Assembly (NCBI RefSeq): GCF_003704095.1
Contig: NW_020844152.1
Location: 310,001 to 374,000, forward strand
Source: Pocillopora damicornis
Taxonomy: Eukaryota
Reading direction: 5' to 3'
Length of the DNA stretch: 64,000 nucleotides
Shown here piece after piece: positions 1-12,972 of this stretch. The notes beneath the pieces are model-generated. The model worked only from the letters and a program-made list of their open reading frames with translations. It was not told the origin of the DNA and ran no database searches. Both the position numbers and the translations under genes were made by a program. The stretch's first letter is position 1, and every line of letters begins with the position of its first letter.

Positions 1-429
1 TGTTTACATTGAGGTAAGTGAGTTTTGCCTTAAATTGCCCAAAATATATACTGATCAGCTCAGGTTGTAGAGCACCAATCACCCACCAAAAAGAAGTGAA
101 GAAAATCTCAATGAACCAATTTCAATTTCAGTTCACCTAAAAAAGGGGAAAAAACTTAAAAAAATACAAAGTAAACAAAAATAAACATTTGAACACTAAA
201 GAAAAACATAGGCACGGTATGCATGCAAGAGTTATTTTTTGGGGAAGGGTGAATTAATTGGAACGTTGTAAGTGATGTCTACATTTTTACAAAAGAAAAG
301 AAGAATATTAATGAAGAACAAAAATGTTAAATTAACTCACACACAGATATTTTGTGGTAGATTGTGTGTTGTGCGACTAACTGTAACCAAAAATAAACTT
401 TATTGGTGCCATGGATACTTGTTAGTACA

Positions 430-520
430 AAATACAGACTGCAGACTGGATACAAAATGTAGACCAGGTGCAAAATGTAGACTGCAGACTGCGGAGTAGG
501 TACAAAATCCAGACTGAGAA
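430..520. repeat. Short degenerate tandem repeat (GACTGCAGACTG / TACAAAATGTAGAC)
   Basis: Repeated gactgcagactg and acaaaatgtagac units are visible directly. Confidence 0.55.
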
Positions 521-838
521 TCTAAAGATTTTTTTCACCTGGTATGTGATAACATGTCATCTTACAACTTACTGAGTGTTATGCAATCCCTTTACCATGA
601 TCAGCTTTAACGATTATTTGCACTATTGTGTACAATTCCTGGCCCATTTCTTGATCAAAATTGATCTTAATATAATTTTAAGCCTTCATATAGTCTTCTC
701 ATTTTATGCATGAGTTGGTTGGTATGTCTGTACAGATTTTACCAATATAATAAAAGTAACAAAAGTAATAAAATGTAATAACATTATTTTGATAATATAT
801 TTTTATTACCAACATAATAAAAGTAATAAAAGTAGATG

Positions 839-1659
839 TATCATATTTACTCATGTATAAATTGACTTTTTAGGACCAAAAAATCAGCCCAAAAAATCAC
901 CCTCAACTTATACATGAGTCATACACATAGACCTGACCCAAGCAATCCAAGAAATTAGCATAACAATTGTCTGAAGTCCATAAGGAAAACTAATTTTATA
1001 AAACCAGTTCGAATTGTGTTCGAGTTTTATCACTTTTCAGCACATTCCTCGTCCACAAAAAAAATTTGAAATAATAAATTTTGAGTGGCTTAACACAAAA
1101 CTACTAGAACTGATTTATATTGTGTCTTCGGATTGTAGAACAGTCATTTTTTCTAACAGCTTGGCTGTTGTTTACAGTGCTGAACTTTTGATTTCATTGA
1201 ATGATTACAGTAACTTAGTAACCTGGCAAATGCCTTTGTCTCACATGGTCTTGCTTGTTACATGTGATCCTTCGAAGCTATTCAAGTGTTCCTTCACTTT
1301 ACTCAAATTAATCTCCTTTCAAACTCAACATTGAGATAAAGGTTTGTTAAATGCAAGAAGATTCCATTTTCAATGTGATTTACAAAATATGGTAAAATAC
1401 TTCTCCCATAAATCAAAGTGTCCTTGTGTGCTTAAATTGTGGTGATATAAACAAGTGCTGATAAACTTCAAAGCACTTGGTTGCATTTTGCTTTGCAGTT
1501 TTTTAATTCCCTGTGCTTTCAATACATTCCAAGAAATACGAGATTAACTTTTGGGAAATTTCTATCTATCTGAATTTTACTTCTTTGACTACAAATGATG
1601 AAAAACCCAATTTTTTAACTTAAAAACGGGGGTCAACTTATACACAAGTAAATACAGTA
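839..1659. mobile_element. Decayed non-autonomous pogo/Tc1-mariner-type DNA element
   Basis: Imperfect terminal inverted repeats tatttactcatgtataaattgac (~844-866) and gtcaacttatacacaagtaaatacagta (~1632-1659), plus an internal subterminal copy tcaacttatacatgagt (~903). No transposase ORF. Confidence 0.5.
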
Positions 1660-2864
1660 GATGCAAACAAGATGTCACTATTGAATATTTAACACATGTA
1701 TGCAGTATTCGAGAAACAATTGACAGCTTTGCACATATTATCATTTTAAGTGGTACCTGTTTATTTTGTTGACAAAAACGGGGACCAAGACCTAAACTGT
1801 TCCTTTGACTTTTCAATGTTAGTAGATTACATCATATTAACTTATCTCCATAACTCATTCATTCCAGATAACAAAATCAAATAAACATGTCAGTGATGGT
1901 ATCTGAATTTGTCCTTGGCCAAACACAAATGACTTCATAAGATCACTTTCTTCAGGCATCAAAAACATACACAAAATCATCCATAGTTAATTTTAATCAG
2001 ACATTCATCTAGAGATAGCACTGAGCAAACCATTTTTAATCCAGAAAAATATAATCAACACACTCAACAAATCATGAATCTTGCAACAAAGCTTGCCATT
2101 GAAGAATTACTCAAATCAAAATGTTTGGTGCAATTCATCAACACCTCAAGCAATAATTAATTCAAAATTTTTCCACTCACTCTTGTTTTGAAGGAACAAT
2201 AACCATGATCATGCTACAACACGCAGAACTCCATTTTCTCTTGAACAACTATCCACCATTTTCATAGCATGAGCAACACATTTACTATAGGTAATCTGAT
2301 ATCTTTCATCTGTCCAATAGTATCACATTTCTCATAAAGTGTGGTAAAATACACATTAAAAACACAAAAAAGCCAACATTTCTCCTTCTAAAAGATGACT
2401 CCGTTTTACGAACTGCTCTCTCCAAATCCCTTATTACTTAAAATCTTAACCAGCCATATTTGATCTGTGGATAAAGCTAGAGAACATGTTTATCTAAGTA
2501 GTTGCACCAATATTCAGAAGAGTTTCCAGGAAGAAGAATGAATGAATGGCATTCAGTATCACAAGTAATACAACAGAAACCACTTAGATGGAATCTGTTC
2601 TATGCCATCACAATTTAATACTTCTTGAAACATTTTCTGGAAAAATAATTTCAATTTAAGACATCTTGGTGACCTCGTGGAAAGAATTTCTCAAGAAAGC
2701 TTGACCTTTGGGCTTCAGCGGACTTGGTACACTTCAAATATCAGAAGTACAAATCAAGATCTTATTGTATTTCATCCGTTAAGACACCTTTAAGGTTTTC
2801 ATGTCGAACTAAAAATGGAATCCTACATCTCATGCATGAACGCTGCTAACGAAACCAGTATTAC

Positions 2865-3595
2865 CTCAGAGAAGCATTCCACGACCGGCTGAGGAATATT
2901 GCCTCCATCACAAGCAAGGATCAAACTTTCCATATTATCTTTGTACACGAATGCTCCGTCGGTTGAATAAATATTGAAAATAACTGCAAGGGAAAACAAG
3001 AGACAAAAAAACAAGACAAAAGATCACTAATCTTTGGCGGTGGATTATCAAACAGGATAAAAAGAGTAATGATTAATTCAACTGTTTGGGCATCAAACAT
3101 ATAACAAACTTACATTTTATCTTCTCTTCGCGTGTGCCCCGGGTTAGAAGCACAAGACCACAGAGCAAATCGCGAAATGTCATTCCCTTGTTTGTACCAC
3201 CAAACGCTGTGTAAATTTGCTGAAACACAAAAGGAAATGTTTTCTAGGGTTTAAGATTTAAGCTTAAGGTAAAGAAGAAATCCGATGTAAAGATGCAATT
3301 CCCTTACCTCAGCCACTTTGTTAGGTACACCATCACCAAGAACTTCACGGGTAAACACCGGTTGGGGCATAAACCCACTGACACCGGAACATCGTTTGAA
3401 GGCCAGTCTAAGTCGTTGCATTTCATCGTCTGTAACTGAAGGAGTTTCAAACAAACAAAACGAAAATCAGCTGGAACATGCATCGAAACTTACTTAACCT
3501 GGTGAACAGGTCTTTCAATCGTGACAAGAAAACTTACCTCTCTTCGTCGCTTCCTCATAAGGGAGGAAGCAAAGTTTTGACTCCCTAAGACCCAT
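2865..3595 (-). CDS. USP32: Ubiquitin carboxyl-terminal hydrolase 32, first four coding exons (gene continues toward/beyond the window start)
   Basis: GT-AG exons 3595-3538, 3435-3308, 3219-3114 and 2983-2865 splice in frame to MGLRESKLCFLPYEEATKRVTDDEMQRLRLAFKRCSGVSGFMPQPVFTREVLGDGVPNKVAEQIYTAFGGTNKGMTFRDLLCGLVLLTRGTREEKIKFIFNIYS...CFSE. This closely matches the USP32 N-terminus (MGAKESRIGFLSYEEALRRVTDVELKRLKDAFKR...EVLGDGVPPKVAE). Later exons were not located. Confidence 0.95.
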
Positions 3596-4041
3596 ATTGA
3601 AGTAGTGTATAAACTCCTACATTTTTCCGAGGTTGTCGTAGTCCCGATAAACAAAGTTACTAATAAACATAGCACCTTGCAAAGTCCTGATCCCGATAAA
3701 AACACTCACACACCTTCCTGATTCCTGCTCGTGACGTTCAAAGCCTCGCTTCGGCAACTGCTTCGTGTTTCTAAGCACTGTTGCACTGTGGGTAATATAA
3801 CTGCGCGGGAGATTTGTACTCTAAGAACTCAGGTTTGTCTCCCAAAATTTTTGGCGATTTTATGAAACAGTGTATGTATATCTCACCATCAAGGAAGTTT
3901 ATATTTTTTACCCTTCACTGCTCTTTTCCGATGCAACAAGTTTCCCTCCGAAGGGGTGGGACAATGAAAACACTGTGACTCCTTAGTTACATCATCTCTG
4001 TGTTTCCTTAACATCATGACAGTTTCAAGAGCAAATAGATA

Positions 4042-4049
4042 AAGGGGCA

Positions 4050-4088
<39 letters not shown>

Positions 4089-4242
4089 TATAGCAGGTAA
4101 TTTAGTGTTGGTTGACAACTGAGTTGAAAACGTAAATTAGCCACCGTAAAGGGTAAAAAAGCTGACGTTTCGAGCGTTAGCCCTTTGTCAGCGCTCGAAA
4201 CGTCAGCTTTTTTACCCTTTACGGTGGCTAATTTACGTTTTC
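4042..4242 (-). mobile_element. Penelope-like element terminal-repeat fragment in inverted arrangement, with a hammerhead-like core
   Basis: Perfect 51-bp inverted repeat (4126-4176 / 4192-4242). The minus strand reads CTGACAA-A-GGGCTAACGCTC-GAAAC-GTC-AGC. A related fragment lies at ~5414-5470. Confidence 0.65.
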
Positions 4243-5606
4243 GCAGGTCGGTAGAACAAAGGAAAGTCAACGCGACATCTGTAACGAAAAGTTTGGGTAG
4301 GTACATGTTCAAAAGACCGCAAAATAATTGACTATACACCGAATGCGCATATCGTTTTTTATTTAATCATTAGTGGCGCGCTCATTTTGATAGGTTCGGT
4401 TGCACGTGTCTATGTTCGCTACTTCTATACAGCCCAGTAATTTATGCCGGCATACTTCCAACAGTTCTTCGTCAAAACATCGAGACGGTAGAGTCCAAAA
4501 TGAAAGTCAAAGTGCCACCGTGGACAGCTGACTCCACCTGTTTGATTCTCGTAAGATTCTCGTGGGAACAGTGTCATGACAAGAATAAGAGTAAGAAGCG
4601 CAAGGGGCAATATTGTATACAAGTGATACCTAGTACTGTTTCTACATGAAGTTCACTTCAAAAAAGAGTTCTGATTTCAAGCAAGTTACGACTTCTAAAT
4701 TACAAGGAGATATGCGAAGGAAATTGCGGCTCATGTTTCCACCATTCAAGTGGGATCCAGGTATCCTTGATAAGAAGACTGAACATTAATGCATTGTTTT
4801 CTTTTTTTGAGGGGGGAAGAGGGTGGGGAAAGGAAAGGAAAGTGGTCCAAATAGAACACACTAAATGCTCACAAGAGAGATACAATCCCCCATAACACAC
4901 ACACACAAAATACACAAAAACATATAATAAGCATGTCACCATGATCCAGTCCTCAACCATATTTTGTCTATATTTTTGTGGGGCAGGGTCTTGTATGTCT
5001 TTATAAAAGACGCACTCTTACCGAAGAGAACACACTCTAACAACAAAAGAATGCATTCTAAAGAGAGAACGCACTTTAACTAGGTAAGAATGCATTCTAA
5101 CTGAGAAAGAACGTAAAAAGAGACAAGAAAGAAAAGAGGAATAACGGCCATATCCACATGTAGCGTTAAACTCAACCAAAGGGATGCTGTGGAAAATAAT
5201 TCCACAATTACAGAATTTGCTCTAATTCTACTTTAATATAGTAATGGGAAAACATCCCCATAAGAGTTGCTCGGGTGTCAGGGAAATTTGCTCATTATCT
5301 AACGAAGGTGTGTCACTGAGAAAGCCTGTTCCTTAATGTTCACTACAGGAGGCGGGTAGGGGCGGAATTAAGAATACCGTTTGTAATAGCTGTTTTGTAG
5401 TCTTAACTCTAGACGGTGGCCAATTTAAGTTACATGTATCAACCCAGTCGATAATACCAAACTACCTTGTTCCAATCTGGAATCACTGAGTCAACATTAT
5501 ATTTCTGTCTTTTTTTTCGCGTAAAAGTTTATTTACGAGTATTTTACGATCGCTATAATATTTAAATTAGTTGGGTCTCCACATCTGATGATTAGTAAGA
5601 GGCTGA

Positions 5607-8600
5607 TCAGAACTTGACAGAATCAAAATCATGAGAACCGACACTTTGCTGCAGGTATTCCCCATAGAGCCGATCCTGAAATTACAAGGACATTTCAGTA
5701 TTCAGTCAGGGAAACTAATTCTCTATGATGCACACAGGTCAAATAACGGTTTCTACTTTCGTGCCAGTTCTCTTAATAGAAAATAAAACGCTGTTAGTTA
5801 TCTTCCGCTATGTTTTCCCTGCTTTTTTTTCTAACCCACCTTGTGACCTTTGACATATCCTTGGACGTATGACCTTTGCTCCAATAACGTCTTCTTCTGT
5901 TTCCGTGAAAGTGTTGGTTTGAGTCTGGAGCAAAAGGAAGGGAGACAAACATAACTACACGTAAAGCACAAAATTACTTTAACATTTGAGTCATACACAC
6001 ATGCAGATAGAAATTTTTGGACAAGAAGTTGTCAGAAAACAGCCATCACTCCTGTTTGTTTCTCTCTCCAATTGACACGAGGTGGAGAGTAAAACAAAAC
6101 CAAATTGAAAACATGCCTGTTACAAATTAATTTAGTCTCATTATGTGCTTAGCACATTTGGTATAAGGAAGTCCCTTAATTCTAATACTCTAAACTTTCC
6201 TTTATGTCATAAAATATGAGATTCCTAACAGGTCTTCCACTTTCACAAGGGTTGCAGCAAGGAATAATCAACTCCAGCACTTCAGTAATTCAGTTTAAGT
6301 GAAGGTTTCAAATTAGGAAAGTCAACTGACACCCACCTGGATAAAAGCTTTGCAACAATCAGCAGCAAAACTGAGAACAAAAGCATTCCTATGAGGGTGT
6401 GGTTATGATGCTGAGCTGGGATTGACTGCCACATTTTTTCAACAGGTGCCTGAGAGTAAAGAGATTTCACACATCAGCCTTTTTCATAATTTTATTATGA
6501 CTTAGAGAAATGCTTTGACTTGGAGATCTCATTAATCTGTTGTTTTAGACAGTCTATACTGTGTGAACACATGAATTAAGGCCATTGCCTCTCCCCTAAT
6601 TTCAAAAAGAATAATTTCAAACTGTCTCCTTTTGTCCCTGACTTGCTCTTTTTTTATAATCTGTTACTACTCTTTATGCCCCTGTACTAAGCACACCAGG
6701 CCAAAGATGAATAAAGTAAAAAAAGGAGTTACTCTTTGCTACAAGGAGGAGCCAAGTGGATAAGAAAGAAAACCATAAAGTCGCTTAAGTCTCACTTGAA
6801 AATTACATGTAAACTACTGAGGCCAAGTCGACAAAAACAAAATACACAACACATCTTATAATTGAGGGAAAGTTCATACCCAGGCCCCCTAATTTTCCCA
6901 AGCTCAATATCTGTAAGTAACTTCTACAAAAAAAGAAACAGTACTCACAGTGTAAATAAAGAGTTTTTCTGCCCTTTCTTTTGCAACCAGTCCATACAGA
7001 GTTTCTCTTGCATTGCTACTTGCTAGGAAGTTAACCAATAAAACAAAAGGGAGAAGAACACCCAACAAACCAAAAAATATACCTTTCAATCTTGCCCAGA
7101 TATTATGCGAACAAGCCTCCCTGTAAAGAAAGATAACAAAGAAGAGTTTGCAACTTTTTATCTCGTGTTTTGTGAAAGGGTTGGTAATAATATATCTGAG
7201 AGCAGTCATTTTGGAGTGGATTGTGAACAAAACCAAAGAAATCACACCCACCAATCAGAACAAAAGAAAAAACTAGATGGCCTGTGATAATTCTAAGAAA
7301 AACCAAGCAAAATACACAAAGCACAGAAACATGTGAGTGACCATTAGTTGTGGTGGTTTTAATCTTTGTTAGTTTTTATCCTGGTTAAAAGGGTACCAAA
7401 AGTTTTTAAGATCAATTACAGAGCAAAGTAAAGCAAAATCAATGCACTCTTGGATCCCTCTAGACACTAAATTGAATATTATGCCCAGGTAGTAAATCTC
7501 TCTCTTAGAAGGAATACTAAATAGGGATCTGAATATCCAAAACAAAGCAAAAAATAAAGCAGGTCTTGTGGAAAGTACAAACAAAATTCTTTCTTTGCAT
7601 GTTGGTGGCAAAAGATAGCTATTGCTACTCACATATCAAGACTAAGTTTTTCATCCACCAAGTCCGCAATTTTCTCACAGTCTTTTTCCAGTGTGTTAAG
7701 GGTGTTTTGTATTGTTTGGTTAATTGTCTTTTCAATTTCTTTACAGACTTCTTCTATTTGATTGGCACATTTAGCTGGCTACAAAGGAATTAACAGAAAT
7801 AATAAAAAAGACCAAAGAAATTCAAGGCAAAAGGAGTACTATACTACTTCTTGCAAAATTCTAGGACTGAATTGTTGCATAGGTAGATACATATCTGCAA
7901 CATTTTGTTAGCATCCATACAAATACAAATACCAATACTTTGATAATAAGGTTTTGCTTCAGTGTCTGTATTGACTGGAATTTTGAAGAGTGAATTTTCA
8001 GTAATTCATAGAAGATATGGTAACATTTTAGCTAAAGAACTCTCTCCACTATGAAAATGTGGTCATAATACCCTAACATTTAGATTGACAAGATTGTTAC
8101 ACAGAGAATTGCACTAGATGCATTTTGTAGTCAATCAAAGTTGTAATGGTTCTTTCTCTTTCATTAAGAGACAAATTATTTAGTGATTTTTAAGGTGTGA
8201 ATTTAATACAAGTTTCCCATGGGAAATGCTAGGTTAACACTTAATATGTTAATTAATTCAGAGTTTGTCATAGAATATTTGTTTGCGCCTCACCTTGTCC
8301 AGTAGCGAGGGAATGTAAATAGTCGGCATCTCAAATCCTGCTTTGTTAAGTCCTGGCCTTTTACAAAGCTCCTGTGTTATCTGCATTAACACTTTCTACT
8401 CAAAAACAAAAGAAATTTAAAAAAAAAAGAAAAAAAAAAAAGTAGAATTAACCATCAATTCTCTCTATTAGATGCTGTACACTATTTTTTTCAGAACTTT
8501 AGTTTCAACAATCTGATGCTGAATCAAACAATAACCCCTGATTGGCATTTTTCTATCTTTTCATAACTTTTCTACCTGAAAACGTGTTGATATGGTGACG

Positions 8601-11247
8601 AGAAATCCCTTTTTGATCACTCCTGGGGGTGAATCTACAAGGAGGCTAATTTCTATGAAATAAAATCCTTATTGTACTGACTTTCCATGTTTCTTTGCAT
8701 AGCAATTTAAAAGCAACTCTTCAGTAAAATTTATTTCAAAACACAAGATAGCCTCCATATATTTTTTTGGATAATGCATGCATCATGGCATACCTGCCTG
8801 TCACTTTCATGTCCTGCAGTGTCTGCTTTGCTCAAGAAAAATCTGATTCGATCTCCTTGCTTCTCATTCATTTTTTCTACCATGAAACACAAGTCATTTA
8901 ATTATAAACAAAACTGAAGAGTAAAAATAGACATAGTAATGACTTAAATGTGGGTTTCTTACCAACTAAATTTAAAGTTCTCTTGCAAAGAGCTTGCCCA
9001 ATTGGATCAAAGAACACAAAAATCAGATCAGCCAGATCACCTGGAGAAAGACAAAATATGTACAGAGTCTTACTGCAAGGAAAAGGAAAATGTGGAGCAA
9101 ATACAAGGAAGGAAACTGTGTGTAAACCCTAATGACTCTATGTTTGATATTGCATGCTCTTGGTGAGTCTGTGATTTGCTTTCATGAGGAAAACCAGGTG
9201 GTAAAACTTTTTACCACTTGATCAAGAACAGAAATGACACTTTACTGTTTAGAACTTGATCTCTCTGGCCATTTTTTAATAGCTGCATAAAGCTCCTCTC
9301 AGGCCACTGAGATGTAATCTTTTTCTCTTCAATGCCATAGAAGAGGGAGGGCTGGACTGGACTTTAGCATATCGGATGATTTTGTCCTATTACATGTAAC
9401 TGCAGTGCTTTTTTTTTTTACCAAAGATGAAAAGATCGATAGATTTGTAAAGGCAAGTAACAAGAATATCTGAAAAATCTGCTAAAACACCTGGTGTTAA
9501 GATCTTAAAGTCGGCATGGATTCAAAACTCACCCAACCAAAGGATAGACTCATCCACATCAAATGCATACTTCATGTCCCCATCAACAAGGCCAGGAGTA
9601 TCAACAAAAGTCACGAGGCTAAATTTCTTCTGCTTTGACGTAGAAATTTCAGTTGTCAAGTAATCTACAACACCTGTTGAGAAAGATACCAATCAAAACA
9701 CAAGAAGTGAAGACTGTTTAACAAAAAGCTGATTGAAATGCATTATCTATTTTGAAAATTTTCAAATTAAGTTAATTTTTTTCTCCTTTTGAAATACTTC
9801 ATACGCAGGCATCATTTCTGAGCTTTAAACAAATTGCATACTCCTGACATCACTAATTATCATTTTCCTGGACAGAAAATTCTTCCATTCTACAACATCT
9901 CCTTTAATTTGAACTATTTTTTAAGCTCTCAAACTAAGCCATGTTTTCTCAAGGTAACAGAAATTAAAAATGTGTAGTCACTGATCAGAATAAATAAAAT
10001 GGTGTTGCACTATTACCTTCAAGATCCTGTAATGACTTGAAGTGAGGATACAGATGCAATGTGGCATTTCCCTGTTTATGACAAAAATATTGTACTTGAT
10101 TACAAAATTTATAAAGATAGACTGATACTTAAATAGAAACTAATGCATCAAATATTACATCAAAAACAAACTTAGCAACAGCAACAAAGAAACAATTTAA
10201 TTTGAAAAAGTCAACTTACTGTTAGTGATTCTCGTTTCTTTCCACTTGTAACAAAAGTAAATCCTTGGGTCTCTATTGCAACACCAGTCTTCTGCACATG
10301 CTCTTCTACGTACCTGGTTTTATGAACAAAATGAACCCTCCAAAAAATCTTAACTAGACCTTTCAATGTATCATTCAATCAATCAGCCAATCTTTCTGTA
10401 AGCACTATAACAAAGTTGTTGTTTTAAAGTTTTCTGCCTCATCTCTTTTCTATGTTTTTCAGCTGTCTTAATTATAAATTGAATGAAGTAATTGAGTTTG
10501 TTTTCATTTTGTGAGATTGAACATTACCCTTTGCAATCACTTGTTTAAGAAGCAAACATATAACCAAATGGCTGATAAGGGACTGAAATCTAACTTAATT
10601 TAATTAATTTCATTTTAGCATTACCCTTAATGGAGGTTGCCAGAATCAAGTTAAGAGTGAAAATGAATACAGATCGTCCAGGATCTCCACTTCTTTTCAA
10701 TGGAGACAGGAATTATCAAAAAGAGTTTCCCCTTGCGACATGAACACATTTATCTAGCAGAACGGTAATAAGAAGAAAAACCATCAGCTTTGCAACTGTT
10801 CGATTTTACACCAAATTTTTATGCTAAAATTATAAGACATGTATAGCAGACAGAGCAAGAATTGATACTTCAATCTTGAAATAAATTGCTGAGTTACGTA
10901 CCAATTGATAAAAGAACTTTTCCCTGCAGAATGGTTTCCAAGTAGCAAGATTGTAATCTTCTTTCTTGGAGCCAGTAAATTTAATCCCAAGCCACTCGCA
11001 ATAGTGATAAGACCTAAGAAACAGTAGTAACAAAAATCGTGACCATCGTTTCATGGGTTTCCTCGAAAATAAATTCCAGCTGGACTTGTCCACGTCGACA
11101 CCACAAACACTAGGCCACTTTGGCAGATACTTTACCCCTCTCCTTCTCCGTGTACAAATCATGGCATTCTTTCAGGATTTTTTCGTTCAACGTCACAGCA
11201 GATGTGTCAAGAGCATTCGCTGAAGTCCTTTGTCGTCCTGACGGCAT
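5607..11247 (-). CDS. Uncharacterised dynamin-superfamily (EHD/Dynamin_N-like) GTPase with two C-terminal hydrophobic segments; 13 exons, about 450 aa
   Basis: Exons 11247-11136, 11013-10902, 10313-10220, 10071-10017, 9673-9533, ~9040-8963, ~8876-8794, ~8395-8294, ~7778-7633, ~7120-6949, ~6449-6337, ~5924-5840 and ~5675-5607 splice in frame. Motifs: G1 GNHSAGKS, G2 TGVAIETQ, G3 FVDTPG, G4-like LSKAD, then a helical region, hydrophobic GIFFGLLGVLLPFVLLVNFLA and LIGMLLFSVLLLIVA, ending SVKF*. Confidence 0.88.
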
Positions 11248-11373
11248 TTTCCGTCTGGGAGATCAACGGTTCTCACTGCGCTGTGATCCTCAATTTCTCA
11301 AAATGTGCCGGTGTTCAGTCTCACCACTGCAGTGCATCATGGGTATTAAAATAGAGCACTTATCAGAAGACTT

Positions 11374-11523
11374 CTGGGCCCAGTTGTATAAAGGAGGATA
11401 ACGCTGTCCAACAGATAAATCGCTATCCGGTGGATAAGTGATAGCAAAACGTATAGCGTTATCGACCGGATAGAGTTTTATCTAGTGGATAGCGTTATCC
11501 AACCTTTGAACAACCGGGGCCTG
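11374..11523. mobile_element. Palindromic MITE
   Basis: Imperfect TIRs ctgggcccagttgtataaagg / cctttgaacaaccggggcctg, with internal ggata/tatcc repeats. Lies between the divergent GTPase and H1-like genes. Confidence 0.75.
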
Positions 11524-12149
11524 ATGTAAATTTCCGACAGCAATAAACTCTATTGTTTGAGTAATAATAACGTTAATGACGAGATTATGAAAATCAAGTA
11601 GAAAGCATGTTAAGTGTGATGAACTTCGCGGAAAACTGGAATTCACCATACTCATATCCGTCACACAGCAAATTACAAGTCATCTACATTCTTTCTTCTC
11701 AATGCCTTTCCCGATGCTAAAAATTAATAAAAAATTGTTCGTTAAGTCAGCCCTCTTGAACTTGCTTGACTTTCCATCTAGGGAAGTTTATTTTTAACAT
11801 TTAACGTCGATTAAGAATTGAAAATAACCACATTGATAGACAGGGTAGTGTACTGAAAATAAAAGTACTTGTACCAAAGTTAGTAATGTTGCTGTAGGAC
11901 TACTAATCGATGTGAAAGTACTGTAATCAAGTAACATGATTTTAGCAACTCATTAGATACTTGATCGATGAATAAAGACAGAATATAGAAAACAATTGAA
12001 GAGTGAGTGTCCCCACTAAATGAACAAACAATAACAATAATAATCCCAATTTGTCATAAATGAAACTGGCTTTCACTTCAGACATAATTTCGATGTTCAC
12101 CGTTATCTGAATTAGACAGTTATCCTAATCATCGACTAATTATCTAATG

Positions 12150-12272
12150 ATTTGCATAATTAATCACAATCAGTGCTCCTTATGCAAAATAAAACTATCA
12201 TAACCTGACGTCATTGAGATAAACGTCCTACGTCATATGACCAGCGCGCCATTCGAATTTGTAATGCACGTG
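12150..12272 (+). promoter_or_regulatory. Putative proximal promoter of the H1-like gene
   Basis: Octamer ATTTGCAT 12150-12157, CRE TGACGTCA 12206-12213 and E-box CACGTG 12267-12272, all within 135 bp of the ATG. Confidence 0.45.
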
Positions 12273-12282
12273 GTGTTCAGAC

Positions 12283-12972
12283 ATGTCGCCCACAACAAGA
12301 AAACACCAGAAAAATTATATCCCACACGTTCTCGAAGCCGTGAAAATGCTGCAAGGAAAGGATCATGGAGCCTCCACCAAGAATATTTTGAAATATCTAG
12401 AGGATAAGTTAAATGATGAAATGAATGGTGTGAAAATTTTGCCTTCACCAGCTGATGGAGTGGTGAAATCCGCCCTCAGGGAGGCTTTGAGTTCTGGTCT
12501 ACTTGTTCATTACAGTGGGGTTGGTTTAAACGGATCATTCGTATTACCACTGCACTCCAAAGGATTAAAAACAAAAGATATGGAAGACATGAAACAACAG
12601 GACAAGCAGAAATCTGTCATCACAAAAGAAGCAAAGTTGCGAACGATTTCTTCGCTGGCAAATAAACTTCAAGAAAGTGCTCGCCTTCAAAAGAAACCGG
12701 CCAAGGCGGACTCTGCCTCTAAACGTCGGCGGATAACCAAGCTTCAGTTGCCAGTTGGCGATCTTGAGTCAGACAAAGAAGATCAGTTTGACACTGGAGA
12801 GAATACAACAGCGTTAAAAACAATCTTGAAACTATCGCGTAAAAGAAAATTTACTGGTTCTAAAATCAAACGAAAGAAAGTTTCAAGAAGAGTCAAATTT
12901 CGTTCGCCACCCCGGGTAATTTTCATAACACCTTGCATTAAGAGACGATCCAAGCGCAAGAAGGCGGAGTGA
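12283..12972 (+). CDS. Linker histone H1/H5-like (H15 winged-helix) protein with basic tail; single exon, 229 aa
   Basis: YIPHVLEAVKML..GASTKNILKYL..VKSALREALSSGLLVHYSGVGLNGSFVL matches the H15 globular signature (GSS..I.KY; G.GA.GSF.L). K/R-rich C-terminus. Confidence 0.85.
   Translation: MSPTTRKHQKNYIPHVLEAVKMLQGKDHGASTKNILKYLEDKLNDEMNGVKILPSPADGVVKSALREALSSGLLVHYSGVGLNGSFVLPLHSKGLKTKDMEDMKQQDKQKSVITKEAKLRTISSLANKLQESARLQKKPAKADSASKRRRITKLQLPVGDLESDKEDQFDTGENTTALKTILKLSRKRKFTGSKIKRKKVSRRVKFRSPPRVIFITPCIKRRSKRKKAE

Noticed and set aside
4500-4768. 49-aa ORF (4500-4649) and U12-like donor GTATCCTT (4761-4768)
   Set aside because: No recognisable homology, partner exon or branch site.
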